In this document: positions 48,401 to 60,217 of the stretch, in pieces
Layout of the letters: every line of letters starts with the position of its first letter
Numbering within the stretch: position 1 is the first letter of the stretch
Assembly: GCA_002104905.1 (NCBI GenBank)
Contig: MCFE01000369.1
Location: 21,420-85,419, forward strand
Length of the DNA: 64,000 nt
Direction of reading: 5' to 3'
Source: Basidiobolus meristosporus CBS 931.73
Taxonomy: Eukaryota; Fungi; Basidiobolomycota
Position numbers and translations under genes: made by a program
Notes under the pieces: generated by a model
The model's database searches: none
What the model was told of the DNA's origin: nothing
Seen by the model: the letters and a program-made list of their open reading frames with translations, nothing else

Positions 48401-51400
48401 AATGCATTAGCTTTTCAGCATATCCTTATACTAATGACCACTTGTACAAGGGGCAAATCAAGCTGAATGAGATCCTCACAATACCAGAGAAACTTAAAAG
48501 AATTGACAAGTTATGACCAAGTAGCTGCTGCCTTAAGTACTTCTCATAAGCTCCAATCAGTACTCATATGCATATGCAACAATACTAATGCAATAACCAT
48601 ATGAACTAGTTATGTGCTTGTTCAAGTGGCCTTCCACAGCCATTGCAACTACAAGTACATGGGAACCATTGGGAGTCATATGTTCATATTGCAGGATTAT
48701 TCATCCAGAAGTGGATTACCAGTGCTAACTGGGCACATCTACTGCTTTTATGCAAGGATTTTGTAACAAGATTTGGATGGTCATAATATAAGTACAGAGC
48801 TGAATATGTCAATCCTTGCTGCTACCATATCAATTCTCTACTCCATCTTGCTTGCTGTGTGGAAAGTTTCTGGCTGTGCTTTAGCTTTTAGGAGTTTCCT
48901 ATGGAGTGGATGTGTGGGGAGATAGGAAGATAAGTCAAGTTGCAGGTACCACCATATCACAGTCTCATTAAGAATATTACCTTCAAGTCTGTCATGCATG
49001 TGATGAGTTGGCACTATGGAGGACAGCTAGGAAGAGGTGGCAAATCTGGAACACAAATGTGCAGATGGAGACACCTATACCTTTGGCATTAAAAAGCCAA
49101 CTGCCCCCAACATGTGGATAAATAGTTAAGTACTGCAAAGTTGGACTGGGCACAATAAGCAACCAATTTGTATCAGGACAACTCCGCCTAAGTATGCTGG
49201 GTTTCTCCTGGTCACAAGCTGATTTCTTCACCATTCAATACAGATTTTACACAAACAAGTACCAGAGCACACCTGTAAGGGGGTCTAGAGCTCAGAAGGG
49301 AGAAGGAATATATTGCTTAAAAACAAATAGTCCATTGTTTTATTTGGTTCAGACTATATGTGAAAAACCCAAGGTAGCAATATGTATGTAAAATGCAGTG
49401 GGGTGATCCTATTGTGGAATATATAAATGCCACAAGGGGAGGTAACAAAGAAAACATGATTTGATAAATGGTATGGTAGTATCTTACATAACTATCTGTA
49501 GGCCACTGTACTGCCATGGCTATGCCAGTAGAGGTTAGCAATGAGGACATAAGAGTACCTCCAAGTCTCTGTATATGGCAATTAGATAAATTGGTTGGCC
49601 AGGTCTGCTCCAGTAAGTGGAGAACATATTAAGACCATTATGTGCCATGAATATCTCACAGAAAGACTGCAGAAGCACAGTCAGGTTTTTCACCTCATTT
49701 AGAAGTAAAATAAGCAAGATGCTGTTACAATTCCATCATAAGATTGTTTGCAGAGCCAATAATTACAAGCTGCCAGCATTATGGTGGAATTGCTGTGCAA
49801 TCCTGATGGCTGATCTGGATTGGATTCACCTGTGGGAGCTAATTTTTCTTCATAGAGTTGATTATCTTGAAATAAAGTAGTAGGAGTTTTTAACATAAGT
49901 CCCAGTTTTAAAAAGCATCTTAACTACAATGCTTCTTTTGTAGCTTCACGGGTCTCCATATACTATGTGTCTATGGTGGAAAGTGCTATGGTTGGTTTCT
50001 ACCTTGGAATCCATGAAATTGCTTCTTTACAGCAAAGAAAGGTATTTCCTGAGGAGGATCTTGTGTCTTCTTAATTTGTCCCCAACCTTTGTCAGAGTAT
50101 TACAGAGGATCTTCTTCCAAGTCCTTATAGGCGTACCATAAGCAAATAGCGGCAGTTTCTTTTAGGTCCCCAAAAACATGCCACACTGCTGCAACATGAT
50201 AAGATTCATAATTCTGATTGAGCTGGCTGACAACTCTCACTGAATATGAGATATCTGGACAAACTTAAAGCATAATGTATATCAGACTGCCAATCATAGA
50301 TTGATAAGAAAAGTCAGGGCTTGCAGATGGCATTAAGCCCATTTGACTTAGTTATGTTTTGACCAAGTTAAGATTTATTTCCATTGGGGCAGCTGCCAAT
50401 TTTCAGACTTCCATTTACTGCTTCTTTTATATGCTGTCAATACACTTGGATTGGCTCAGGGTGATAGTCTGAGTACCTCTGTCTATGGATAACTTCATCC
50501 CTATTAGCAATTGAATTCTTCCATATTGGATATCTTGCACTCCTTAGATAAGCTGGATTTAATCTCCTCCAGTGTGTTTAGGGTATTGGTGGCTAAAATC
50601 ACATGATTAATCAATAGAGCTATTGCAAAAGAGCTTGCTCTATCTGGCTTGTATTGCATGCCATTGCCAGCTGTACTCCTTTAGAAACTCAGGGATTCTA
50701 AATAATAATCTATCATTTAAATCCAGGCTTGTGATGATTGTCTGAGCCTATAAGGAGATTTTCAAGCTTCCAGACCAAGTCAGGGTTATCTTAGACAACT
50801 AGCCCATCAGGCTGGTCTATACACACATCCTAATTAAGTTGTCCACTCATAATTGCAGTTTTTACATCCAATTGATTTATAAAAAACTAATATATGATTG
50901 GAATAATCAACATTATTCTGATGGAATGAAACTTGGCTACCAGTGCAAAGTTCTCAGTATAGCCAAGTATTTTTGCTTGAGAGCATCCTTTGGCTACAAG
51001 CCTTGCTTTGTATATGACAATCACATGTTTGGCATTGTATTTTGCCCTGAAGACTTATCAGCATTCAATTTATTTTGGTTAACTGGTACTTTGACCAAGT
51101 GTCATTTAGGATTTTCCATCAGGGCCTGATACACCTCAATCATTGTAGATCTCCAAGACTTTGTCTTAGAGCAATCTAGGACCTCTTTTACACTTCTTGG
51201 CATATCAAAATGGACTGAATAGGCATAGGCTAAGTTTATAGCCCTCATTAATACAGCATTTGGTGCTATTCCTGGTCCGGTTGGAGATCCTAGCTTATGA
51301 TTCCAGGATATTCACTACAAGAATATTCCTGGGCACTGATTCAGGTAAAACTATGGTTATAGAGTACTTTGGAGTAAAAACCTACTTGTGGTCTTACCAT

Positions 51401-52500
51401 GATTCAATGCTGACTATTAGCAGACTTAAGATTAGTTTTTGGTCCTCATCTGATGAGAATTTTTGTGAAAATTTGATATTTTCCTCAAACAACACATTCC
51501 TGGACTTGATCAGCTTCTTTGCTCTGTTGTTGTAGACTCTGTATGCCCTAGTTTCATTGCAGTAATTAAAAAATATGCATTTTACACTTTTTGCTCAAGT
51601 TTTGACTGATATATGGGCTGTGTCTTGGCACATTCTGTACACCCAATATTCTGCAATGTTTTGCACCTGATATGTATCCATACCATGCTTGAAATGGAGT
51701 AGAATCACAAAATATGATGTTATAACTCCAACTTTAGAGTACACCACTGCAGCAACTGCATCTGCCCAAAATTCACAGGATAGTTCTTAATCATGGATTA
51801 TGATCCTACCTTTTCAGATGTTGATCTGTTTGCACATTCTGCTACTCCATTTTGCTGTTGAACTCCCAGAACTTTTACAAAGCTTCCTCCTTTCTTTCCA
51901 TGAGGCAGACCCATGTGCTTCTTGTATGATCAATAAATGTGACTAAATACTTTATCCTGCCCAAGGAGAAATTTTGCAATGGTCCACACAGATCTGAGTG
52001 AATTAGCTCTAATTTCTTGTAAATTTAGATTAACGCAGAGCTCTTGAAAGGCTGTCTGATGTGTTTCCCATATATGTATGCATTACAGTGCTCCAAATTA
52101 GCTTGGGGATCAATTTTTACTCCAGAAATTGGCTGTTCTTTGAGCATTTTTGTAAATGCTCAAAATTGATGTGTTGAAATCCCCTGTGCCAAAGCATTGA
52201 TGTATCCTTACTCAAGTTGCTTGTATTAACTTCTAGATATGATGAAATATAAATCTACCTGTGTAGATTTTGATCTCCAAAACCCAAAGCAATATGGCTG
52301 CCATTTTGAAAAGTGATTCTGCATCCAGAATTGTCAAAGCTGAAACCATGTCCTGCTGCTGCAACCTTACATTCAGATAGTAGGCTACTTGCTATTTCTG
52401 GTACATAGAGTGCCTTGTTGAAGGTATGTATGTGGCTTCCTTCAATGCTTCTAAGGTTTACAGTGATAGTTCCTTTGATCACTGCTTCAAGTGCGCAATT
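45456..52500 (-). mobile_element. Degenerate Copia (3' LTR 45456-45816, RH, RT, IN, PR remnant) split by a CACTA insertion; 5' end lost
   Basis: Reverse LTR, then RNase H end; resumes at 49858 with RH/RT/IN remnants and ends with EAVIKGTITVNLRSIEGSH..ALYVPEIA. Confidence 0.85.
46020..49857 (+). mobile_element. CACTA/CMC element with both TIRs and 3-bp TSD (ORF2 largely deleted, transposase decayed)
   Basis: Left TIR (T)CCTATGAAAAATAATT at 46020; right TIR CTAATTTTTCTTCATAGAG ending 49857; TTG at 46017-46019 and 49858-49860. Removing it restores the Copia RH sequence catccttg-attatcttgaaataaag. Transposase motifs HCTHSGYIPVIP, IGIGDIPVISKITSLSGDTGWYCCEM, FPLGAMH. Confidence 0.9.
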
Positions 52501-53450
52501 GCCTAAAAATAATATGGTCTGGAAGGTGAATCTAATCAAGATCAGACATGTTAGTCTGTAATGAGCCTGTTATAATGCTGGCAACTTGTAATTACTAACA
52601 CTTTACACAATCTGATGACAGGATTGTAACCGCATTTTGCTTATTTTACTGCCAAATGAAGTCAAAAACCTTACAGCTTTAAACAGTCTTTTGACAATAA
52701 TTGCATGGCATTCTAAAGGTTGAAATGCACTCCTCATTTATTTGCGCAGATCTAGCTGGCCAATGCATCCAATTGCCTTATATGGCAAGAAATTTGATGA
52801 TGTTCTAGTAGCCTGAATGCAAACCATGACTGGCAATATAATGGCAGTACAGCAGCCTACAGCTAGTACTGCACAATGCTACCATAAAAATTTACCAAGT
52901 GGTATTTTCTTTTCTACCTACCCTTCCACCATTCATATATTCCGCTATAGAACCACCCCTCTGTATTTAGTTACCCACCACTACATTGCACATTCCACAT
53001 ATACTTCAAATCAAAAATACCATGGCCTCCTGCTCGCTAATCTCTACATACACACACAGCTGCTGCAGTTGACACACTTTTATCACCCTAACTTTAAGGC
53101 TTTTTAGTGTGATACCTGCCAACTTGCCATATATCTTGTATTGCTGGTTATATATACATCTTGCAAACATATGCATGGTTGCTGCCACTTATGCCATTTG
53201 TCCCTCCTGAATATCTACAAAGAACATTTTGGTATCTAACCAGTATATTCCTTCTCCCTGCTGGATTCTAGTCCCCATAATAGGTGCACTCTGGCTCTTG
53301 TTTGTGTGAATTCCATACTGAATGATGTAGAAGTTGGCTTGTGTTCACAAGAAATCTGGCATACCTTGGAAGTGTTTTTGTAATAAAAATTAGTTACTTG
53401 TTGTGCCCACACAACTTTGCATTACTTAACTGATTACCCAAGCATTGGGG
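52501..53450 (-). mobile_element. CACTA right end and transposase 3' remnant
   Basis: Eroded TIR gcctaaaaataatatggtc at about 52501; colinear with 19950-20700. Confidence 0.7.
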
Positions 53451-54108
53451 CTGTCAGGATCACATTCCATCCATGACCTTTCATGACTTGGACAAATTAA
53501 GTTAGTGACAAATCCCAGTTCCTTCTAAAAGTCCTACCACATTCTGGTTACTTCTTGAAGGTTCCAAGTCAACATTGCACAATGGAATATTTAATGGAGG
53601 CTCCCCATTGAAATTTAAGTAATTCAAGACCATATATGGTAGTTTCATGTCACATGACCCAATTATAGATTCCTGGCATATCCCTATGTAATATTCCAGT
53701 ATGTTTCTTAATATATTTCTATCTTGGCACACTCACTGTGCCTCACCCCTGAGCCCCATTAATATTAGCCAATATCTCCTGGCATTCATATTGCCAAAAA
53801 GTATATATAGTCCTATTTCCCCATATGAATTCCTCAGTCTAATAAGCACAGGTCTTGAATAAACATCCTTGCCTTGTTGAAACACTCCTAGGTCCTTTCC
53901 TGCTCCCACTTTGCCTTGCTCTACGCCACTATCTTTATATATTCATAAACGTTTCATCAGACTACTCATAACTTATCCAAGGATATCTACCTTCTACTCA
54001 GAGTTCTGGAACAGAACTTGTCAAGGAACACCTACTGTAAGCATCACCTTGTATTGTTCCCTAGTCTTGTCTTCTAAAGGCAAAGATACTTTGTCTTTGT
54101 AAATTATT

Positions 54109-55300
54109 AGACTTGTTCTGTTGGATAGTGCCACATAGTGCCAGCCTGTTTATAGTGCTGGATTGATCAGGCACTCCACGGCACTATCTGGCACTATAAT
54201 TTCTATCATGATGCCAGTGGTATGATACAGTTACTGGTAATTTTACTCAATCTTACTTATGTAGCTCAGAATAGTGCTTTCCTTGCTTTATTTACTCTTC
54301 ATAATGCTCCAGACACATTTCTCTCAGTGGATGTCTTCTTGTATGAGCATACTCTGCATTAATAAGTATCTTAACTATGTTACCTATTCTGCTGTTTTCT
54401 CCTGTATATGACTTTCTTCTGTATTTACCTGCCAATATGCTGAATCTCTTCCAATATCCAAATGTGTGCTCTACCCTCACTCTGGAATGATTAAATATCT
54501 CATTGTAGAGCTTCTGCTTCCTGCTAAGCACATCATTCCTTGGCTTCCTATAAGCTGTAATACATCCTAATCTGTGACAATCCTCTCCTATATAGGCTAA
54601 GTCTGCCATACATTTCTCCTCTCTACTGAATTCAGGATGATTCTCTACCCAGAGTGCTTTATCATGCCTACTTCCAGCAAATGGCCCACTAAACCAGATG
54701 ATGTTACCATCAATGTCAGAGAGTGCTTGAAACTTCACACAGTGTGCCTTGTGCTTGCCAGAATAAAAGTGCCTCTGCCCTCTAGAAGATCTGTTAATCC
54801 TCACTGAGAAGGTTTCCAAAATACTCCTGATATGAAACTTGTTGCTGAACACTCTGGGATATGGAAGTCTATTGGAGCTTCTGAACCTAGTATTCCAAGC
54901 TTGCTCCAAGTCATTCATACACTCTGCAAGGTGCTTCTCCATTGCTGTCAGCTGGGAATGAAAGCTTCTAGGATGTTTGTTGCCATGGATGGTGGGATGA
55001 AACCTTGTAGGGCAATAGTTCTTGTAACAGCAGAGAAGCTTAACAAGGGATCTCCTATAGTTGATTGGGGTTGATGGTCCACAGTACTTGGAATAGATCT
55101 CCTCTAGTATGTCAAAAGGAAATCCAGTGGTAGTGATGGGATTGATGAGAAAAGACCATTCAGATGAGTAATTCATATTGAAATTGTTGGATGATTGTAT
55201 GGAGATGGTTTGAATCAATTTGGCACAATCTGCATTATTTATCTGATTTTTAATGCATTATGATTAAATCTCCATCAATTGCCATTTATTCCATCATTGT
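54109..55300 (-). mobile_element. PHIS-superfamily (PIF/Harbinger/ISL2EU-like) DNA transposon; one TIR seen
   Basis: TIR AGACTTGTTCTGTTGGATAGTGCCAC at 54109, preceded by ATT, plus subterminal GTGCCA/GGCACT repeats. The second TIR was not found, so the right boundary is approximate. Confidence 0.7.
54292..55176 (-). CDS. DDE_Tnp_4 (IS5/PIF-Harbinger-like) transposase, open ORF of about 294 aa
   Basis: Motifs YSGKHKAHCVKFQALSDIDGNIIWFSGPFAGSRHD, MADLAYIG and YNEIFNHSRVRVEHTFG. The expected first catalytic Asp position reads SILETF (E), so it may be defective. First ATG at 55176 (TTG at 55218). Confidence 0.85.
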   Translation of the reverse strand: MNYSSEWSFLINPITTTGFPFDILEEIYSKYCGPSTPINYRRSLVKLLCCYKNYCPTRFHPTIHGNKHPRSFHSQLTAMEKHLAECMNDLEQAWNTRFRSSNRLPYPRVFSNKFHIRSILETFSVRINRSSRGQRHFYSGKHKAHCVKFQALSDIDGNIIWFSGPFAGSRHDKALWVENHPEFSREEKCMADLAYIGEDCHRLGCITAYRKPRNDVLSRKQKLYNEIFNHSRVRVEHTFGYWKRFSILAGKYRRKSYTGENSRIGNIVKILINAEYAHTRRHPLREMCLEHYEE

Positions 55301-55519
55301 GTTGCAAAATCATCCGCAAACAATGCCCTGGTTATTTTTATTGATGCTTTACTCATAGGTCTAAAACCAAATAGGAAATGTGCAACTCAACAATCACATT
55401 AGTATTCATATATATTTCATATAAGACCAGGTTGATGCCAATATACTGCTGTATAAGTAACCAATTCTGTTGCTATGGACCCCATACCAAGTCTCAACTC
55501 ATCTTTAGTATAATCCAGA

Positions 55520-58500
55520 CAAAACCCATCCCCCAGCTCACAAGCGTGGTCCGGACCAGAAAAGTCAATATTGGGTCCATTTGAGTTCTCACCAAGCTTT
55601 ATGGCAAGCTACCCAAGTGTGAATTCTTCAAGGAACATGTTGAATATCTGAAGCAGCCCCATAGCATATCAGAGCTCAGATCATTCCTTGGAATGGTTTC
55701 CTATAATTGGAGATTTGTCAAGTTGTTTGCAAGTATTGCAGCCCCTTTAACTAATATCCTCAAGAAAGAGAATACCCACAAGTGGGACATAGCTTGTGAG
55801 ACTGCCTTCCAGATGCTCAAGAATGAACTTGCTAAGCTACCAAGCTTTAGAATACCAGACTTCAGAAAAGAGTTCACTCTGTGCACAGATGCTTCAGATT
55901 ATGCAATTGGTGGAGTGTTGAGCCAAGAACATGAGGGAAAGGACTACCCTTTTGCTTTTGAATCCAAGAAACTGAACTCAGCAGAGCAAAACTATCCAGT
56001 CCACAAGAAGGAGATACTTGCTATAATACACTGTTTGAAGACATGGAGATGCTATACTGAAGGAGTCAAATGCACTGTAAAGACTGATCATGCCTCCCTC
56101 AAGTATATATTTACTCAGAAGGTACTCACTAGAAGAATGACAAAATGGAGTGAATACATTCAGTAATTTGACCTGGAGATTGTCTACTGCCCTGGAAAAA
56201 ACAACACGGTTGCTGATGCCTTATCAAGATTAGATCAAGTTGCAAAACTCAACTTGGTGCATGAATCAGATTGGCCTAGCCTATTACCAAAGTACTTGGA
56301 GGACCAAGCCATTCCTAATGAGGTAGATGAAGATATCAAGAAGATAATCCATTGTGGTGGTGTAGAGGTACTCCTGGGAGAAACTACACAACTCAAGGTG
56401 TGTGAGGTGTCTGATGGGTGCAATAACCTCTGTGTCTAAACTGCTGGTGGCTTTGTCAATATGCCACTATGGTAAAAGCTCCTGCTTCTCTAGCTTCCTA
56501 GGTGCTCCAAGTGTCTCCAAAGGCCTCTGTGTGTCTTGTGCACTACCCTGAAAAGCTCCTTGATTGCAGGTCTGAGATGTACTGTTGAAGGCAGGTGCAG
56601 TGATCAACTGCTAATCAATAAGGTAGAAGTGTTACTGATAGAAGGGATGATTTATTGGTGAGGGATTGCTTTCCCTTAAGTACTTTTCCTGATTGCCAAG
56701 TGATTACTAATGACAAGGTTCTAGAAGATTCTAGGTATCAGTGGAATTCTTGATGACATCACTATGAGCTAAAAATTTGCCAAGAATGTCCTGGAAGGTT
56801 CTAAAAGGCACAGCACTCTCAGCCAATCAGGAATCAGTAGTCTGAAACCTGTGCAACATAGAAATATCATATAAGGTATTGAAATGGTAGGGATGGTAAC
56901 ACAGTCCTAGGTCATGTGTCATGGGTACTGACGCGGGTACTTGCCTTATATAGATACATCTACTGATCACAAAGCTGAATAACATCTGGGATAACTAATG
57001 CTAATAACTAATCAGGGTTAACATCATGTGGGGATAATACTGATAATATGGGCAAAAGAAGAATGGGATAATACTGATAAGATAAAATATGGATAAGTAT
57101 ATCATAATGGCTATATGAATAAACTTGTCTGTGGGAGGTATGTTAACCCTACCACATTGTGGTGAAGCCAGCAAATTTGTAGTACAGGATGAAACACTCT
57201 ACCAAATTGTTGATGGAAGCCCTATTGCCTATTGCCCTTATGTTTCTTGCCTGGAATTAATACATAAGCTACGCAATGGATATGGACATGTTGGAATTGA
57301 AGGAACCTATAGTCTTGTGAAAGCCAGAGCATGGTGGCCCAGAATGAAACAAGATATTGAGAAGCTAGTGAAAGCATGCCCAAACTGTCAAATGAATCAA
57401 GGCCAGCCACAAACAATTGCCAAACTCTTCCCTTTGGAGCCTGTAAGACCATTTGAGAGATGGGGAATTGACTTTATTGGAAGACTGCCAACCACCAGGA
57501 AATGCAACCGTTGGATCCCAGTAGCAATTGACCATGCCACTAAATGGCCAGTTGCTAAAGCTGTACCAATAGCCAGTGAATAAGAAGTTGCAAGTTTCAT
57601 TTACCATGAGATCCTGATGAAGTTTGGATGCCCTGTGGAGATTTTATCTGATAGAGGAGCAAACTATATGGCAAAGACATTAGAGGCTTACCTGGAAATG
57701 CAGCAGATCAGACACTTGAAAACCTTGGCATATCACCCCAGAACTAATGGAGTCACTGAGCGGTTTAATGGATTATTTAGAAAAATGCTGACCAAGTATG
57801 CAAATGGAGTTGTCAGTAGATGGGATGAGTATATAGACCAAGCACTCTTTGCATGCAGAGTCAGAGTACACAACACCACCCAGCAATCACCATTTTACTT
57901 AGTGTATGGATGTGAACCAAGGATTCCAGGAGATCTCACATAATCAAAGCTTACAGACACCTTAGAAGATGAACTCAGTCAGCCAAGTAGACACCAGCAA
58001 CTGGAACAAAGACGTCAAGAGGCACAGACCAAAGTATCTCAAAGTGCAGAAAAGATGAAGCAGAGATTTGATAAGACTATAGCACCAGAAGCATTGACAT
58101 TTGGGAACTTTGTGTTGCTAAGAAACAACACTTGGAAGAAATTTGAGCCACAATGGACAGGACCATTCAAGATCATCAGAAAATGTCCATTTGCAACTTA
58201 CCAACTGGTGGACAAACAAGGCAATATCCGAGAAGACTTAGTGCATAGAGATAGACTCAAGCTTGCAAGACTTGCTGATAATACTGAACCATCAACATAT
58301 TGGTATCACAAGAAAAGAGATTCAGGAGAACCCTCTCAACTTTAGTAAGGGAGAATGTTATGATCAGCTGCTTGAATGTTTAAGTTAGATGAGTTTTTAG
58401 TTAAATCAATTAGTATATGTTTATGTTATCAGTATATCTGTATTATCTATCAAATCAGTGGCATTAGTCAGCATATGAATCAGCAGATCCTTATCAGACA

Positions 58501-58723
58501 GAAATTGATATCTTAAGTAGGATCTTATTGGCTGATGATGATGCAATCAAATGAGTCATCAGCCACAACATACATTAGGAAATACAATTAGTCAGCAATT
58601 GATCTGGCAAAATGTATACAAGGAGCTGCTGGAACCTCAATAAAGATCAGTTCAAGTTTGAGTGAATACAATACTAGCTAAACTCCCTATTCCTCTACAA
58701 CTCTCATACCAAGACTTGTAACA
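55520..58723 (+). mobile_element. 5'-truncated Ty3/Gypsy element: RT end, RNase H, integrase, PPT, 3' LTR (58356-58723)
   Basis: Peptides FASIAAPLTNILKK, LCTDASDYAIGGVLSQ, NYPVHKKEILAII, WWPRMKQDI..CPNCQ, PFERWGIDFIG, ILSDRG, HPRTNGVTERFN. Stops at about 56164, 57581 and 57941. PPT agtaagggagaa, then a TGTTA..TAACA LTR of 368 bp. No chromodomain seen. Confidence 0.92.
56355..57154. repeat. 800-bp solo LTR (TG..CA) inserted in Gypsy pol
   Basis: TGGT..ACCA ends and TSD CATTG at 56350-56354 and 57155-57159. Removal restores the in-frame reading IH-CGEASKFVVQD. Confidence 0.85.
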
Positions 58724-59849
58724 ATAGAATTACCCTGCTGGTAGATGAGATGGAATCTGTGGGCGTACCCACTACTGATGAGGATGTGATAGTTACCATC
58801 CTGAATAGCCTGACAGACAAGTTTCAGGGCTTTGTATCAGCCCTAGAGTCCAGAATTGAAGATTTGACCTTAAATTACGTATATGGAAGACTGCTGGATG
58901 AAGAATTAAGAAAATCAAGCGCCAATAAGAAGGAAGAAGAAAATGCTTTAATAAGTAATGGTTACCAACAAAGGAGGTACCCAAAACCCTACAAAGGCAA
59001 CAGCAACCTGTTTTCCAATCACTGCAAAAGGAAGGGACACACATCAGACCAGTGTCTAAAAAGGAAAGATAATCAGCAAAAGAAGACTGAACGTGGAAAT
59101 GCTGCAACAACTGAAGATAGACATTTCATATTTGCACTAAATATGATCACAAACAAGGATTCTCAGACGTGGTATATTGACTCAGGAGCTTCTCAACACT
59201 TTACACACCAAAAAGAACTTTTTACCCAATATCAAGAAATTCCAATTAAGAAGGTTTTCATGGGTGACAGTAGAACACTTGATGCAGTGGGAGAAGGAAC
59301 TATCCAAGTAAACCTTAGAAGCAGTGAAGGAAGCCATACACTGACCTTTGAAGAAGTACCCTATGTACCAGAAATAGCCAAGAACCTACTCTCTGTAAGC
59401 AAGGCCACAGCAGAAGGACTCAGTCTCAGTTTTGACAATTCTGGATCCAGGATCACTGATCAAAATGGTGCCCATATTGCTTTGGGCATCAGAGATCAGA
59501 ATCTATACAAGTTGACTTATATTCCATCATATCTGGAAGCCAATATAAGTAACTTAAATGAAGAAACACCAATGCTTTGGCACAGGAGATTTGGACACAT
59601 CAATTTTGATTATTTGCGTAAAATGATCAAAGATCAGCTAATTTCTGGAGTGAAAATTGATCCCCCAGCTAATTTGGAGCACTGTGAAGCCTGTGTATAT
59701 GGGAAACAAGCCAGACAACCGTTCAGGAGCTCTAGGTTAATCAGAACAAAGAAAAAATTAGATCTAACTCACTCAGATCTGTGTGGACCTATGCAAAATT
59801 TATCCTTAGGCGGGATGAAGTATTTAATCACTTTTATTGATGATTATAC

Positions 59850-60217
59850 TGTTACAAGTGTTGGTATAAGAGTTGTAGAGGAATAGGGAGTTTAGCTAGT
59901 ATTGTATTCACTCAAACTTGAACTGATCTTTATTGAGGTTCCAGCAGCTCCTTGTATACATTTTGCCCAATCAAATGCTGACTAATTGTATTTCCTAATG
60001 TATGTAGTGGCTGATGACTCATTTGATTGCATCATTATCACCTAATAAGATCCTACTTAAGATATCAATTTCTGTCTGATAAGGATCTGCTGATTCATAT
60101 GCTGACTAATGCCACTGATTTGATAGATAATATATATGTACTGATAACCTAAACATATACTAATTGATTTAACTAAAAACTGATCTAACTTAAACATTAA
60201 AGCGGCAGATCATAACA
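59850..60217 (-). repeat. Gypsy solo LTR (same family as 58356-58723) with 4-bp TSD
   Basis: Reverse complement of 58356-58723, 368 bp; ATAC at 59846-59849 and 60218-60221. Removal restores the Copia IN reading IDDYTRY. Confidence 0.95.

Noticed and set aside
53450-54105. CpG-poor segment with TATA-like and polypurine patches
   Set aside because: Probably another decayed repeat, but no second copy or coding motif in the window to support a call.
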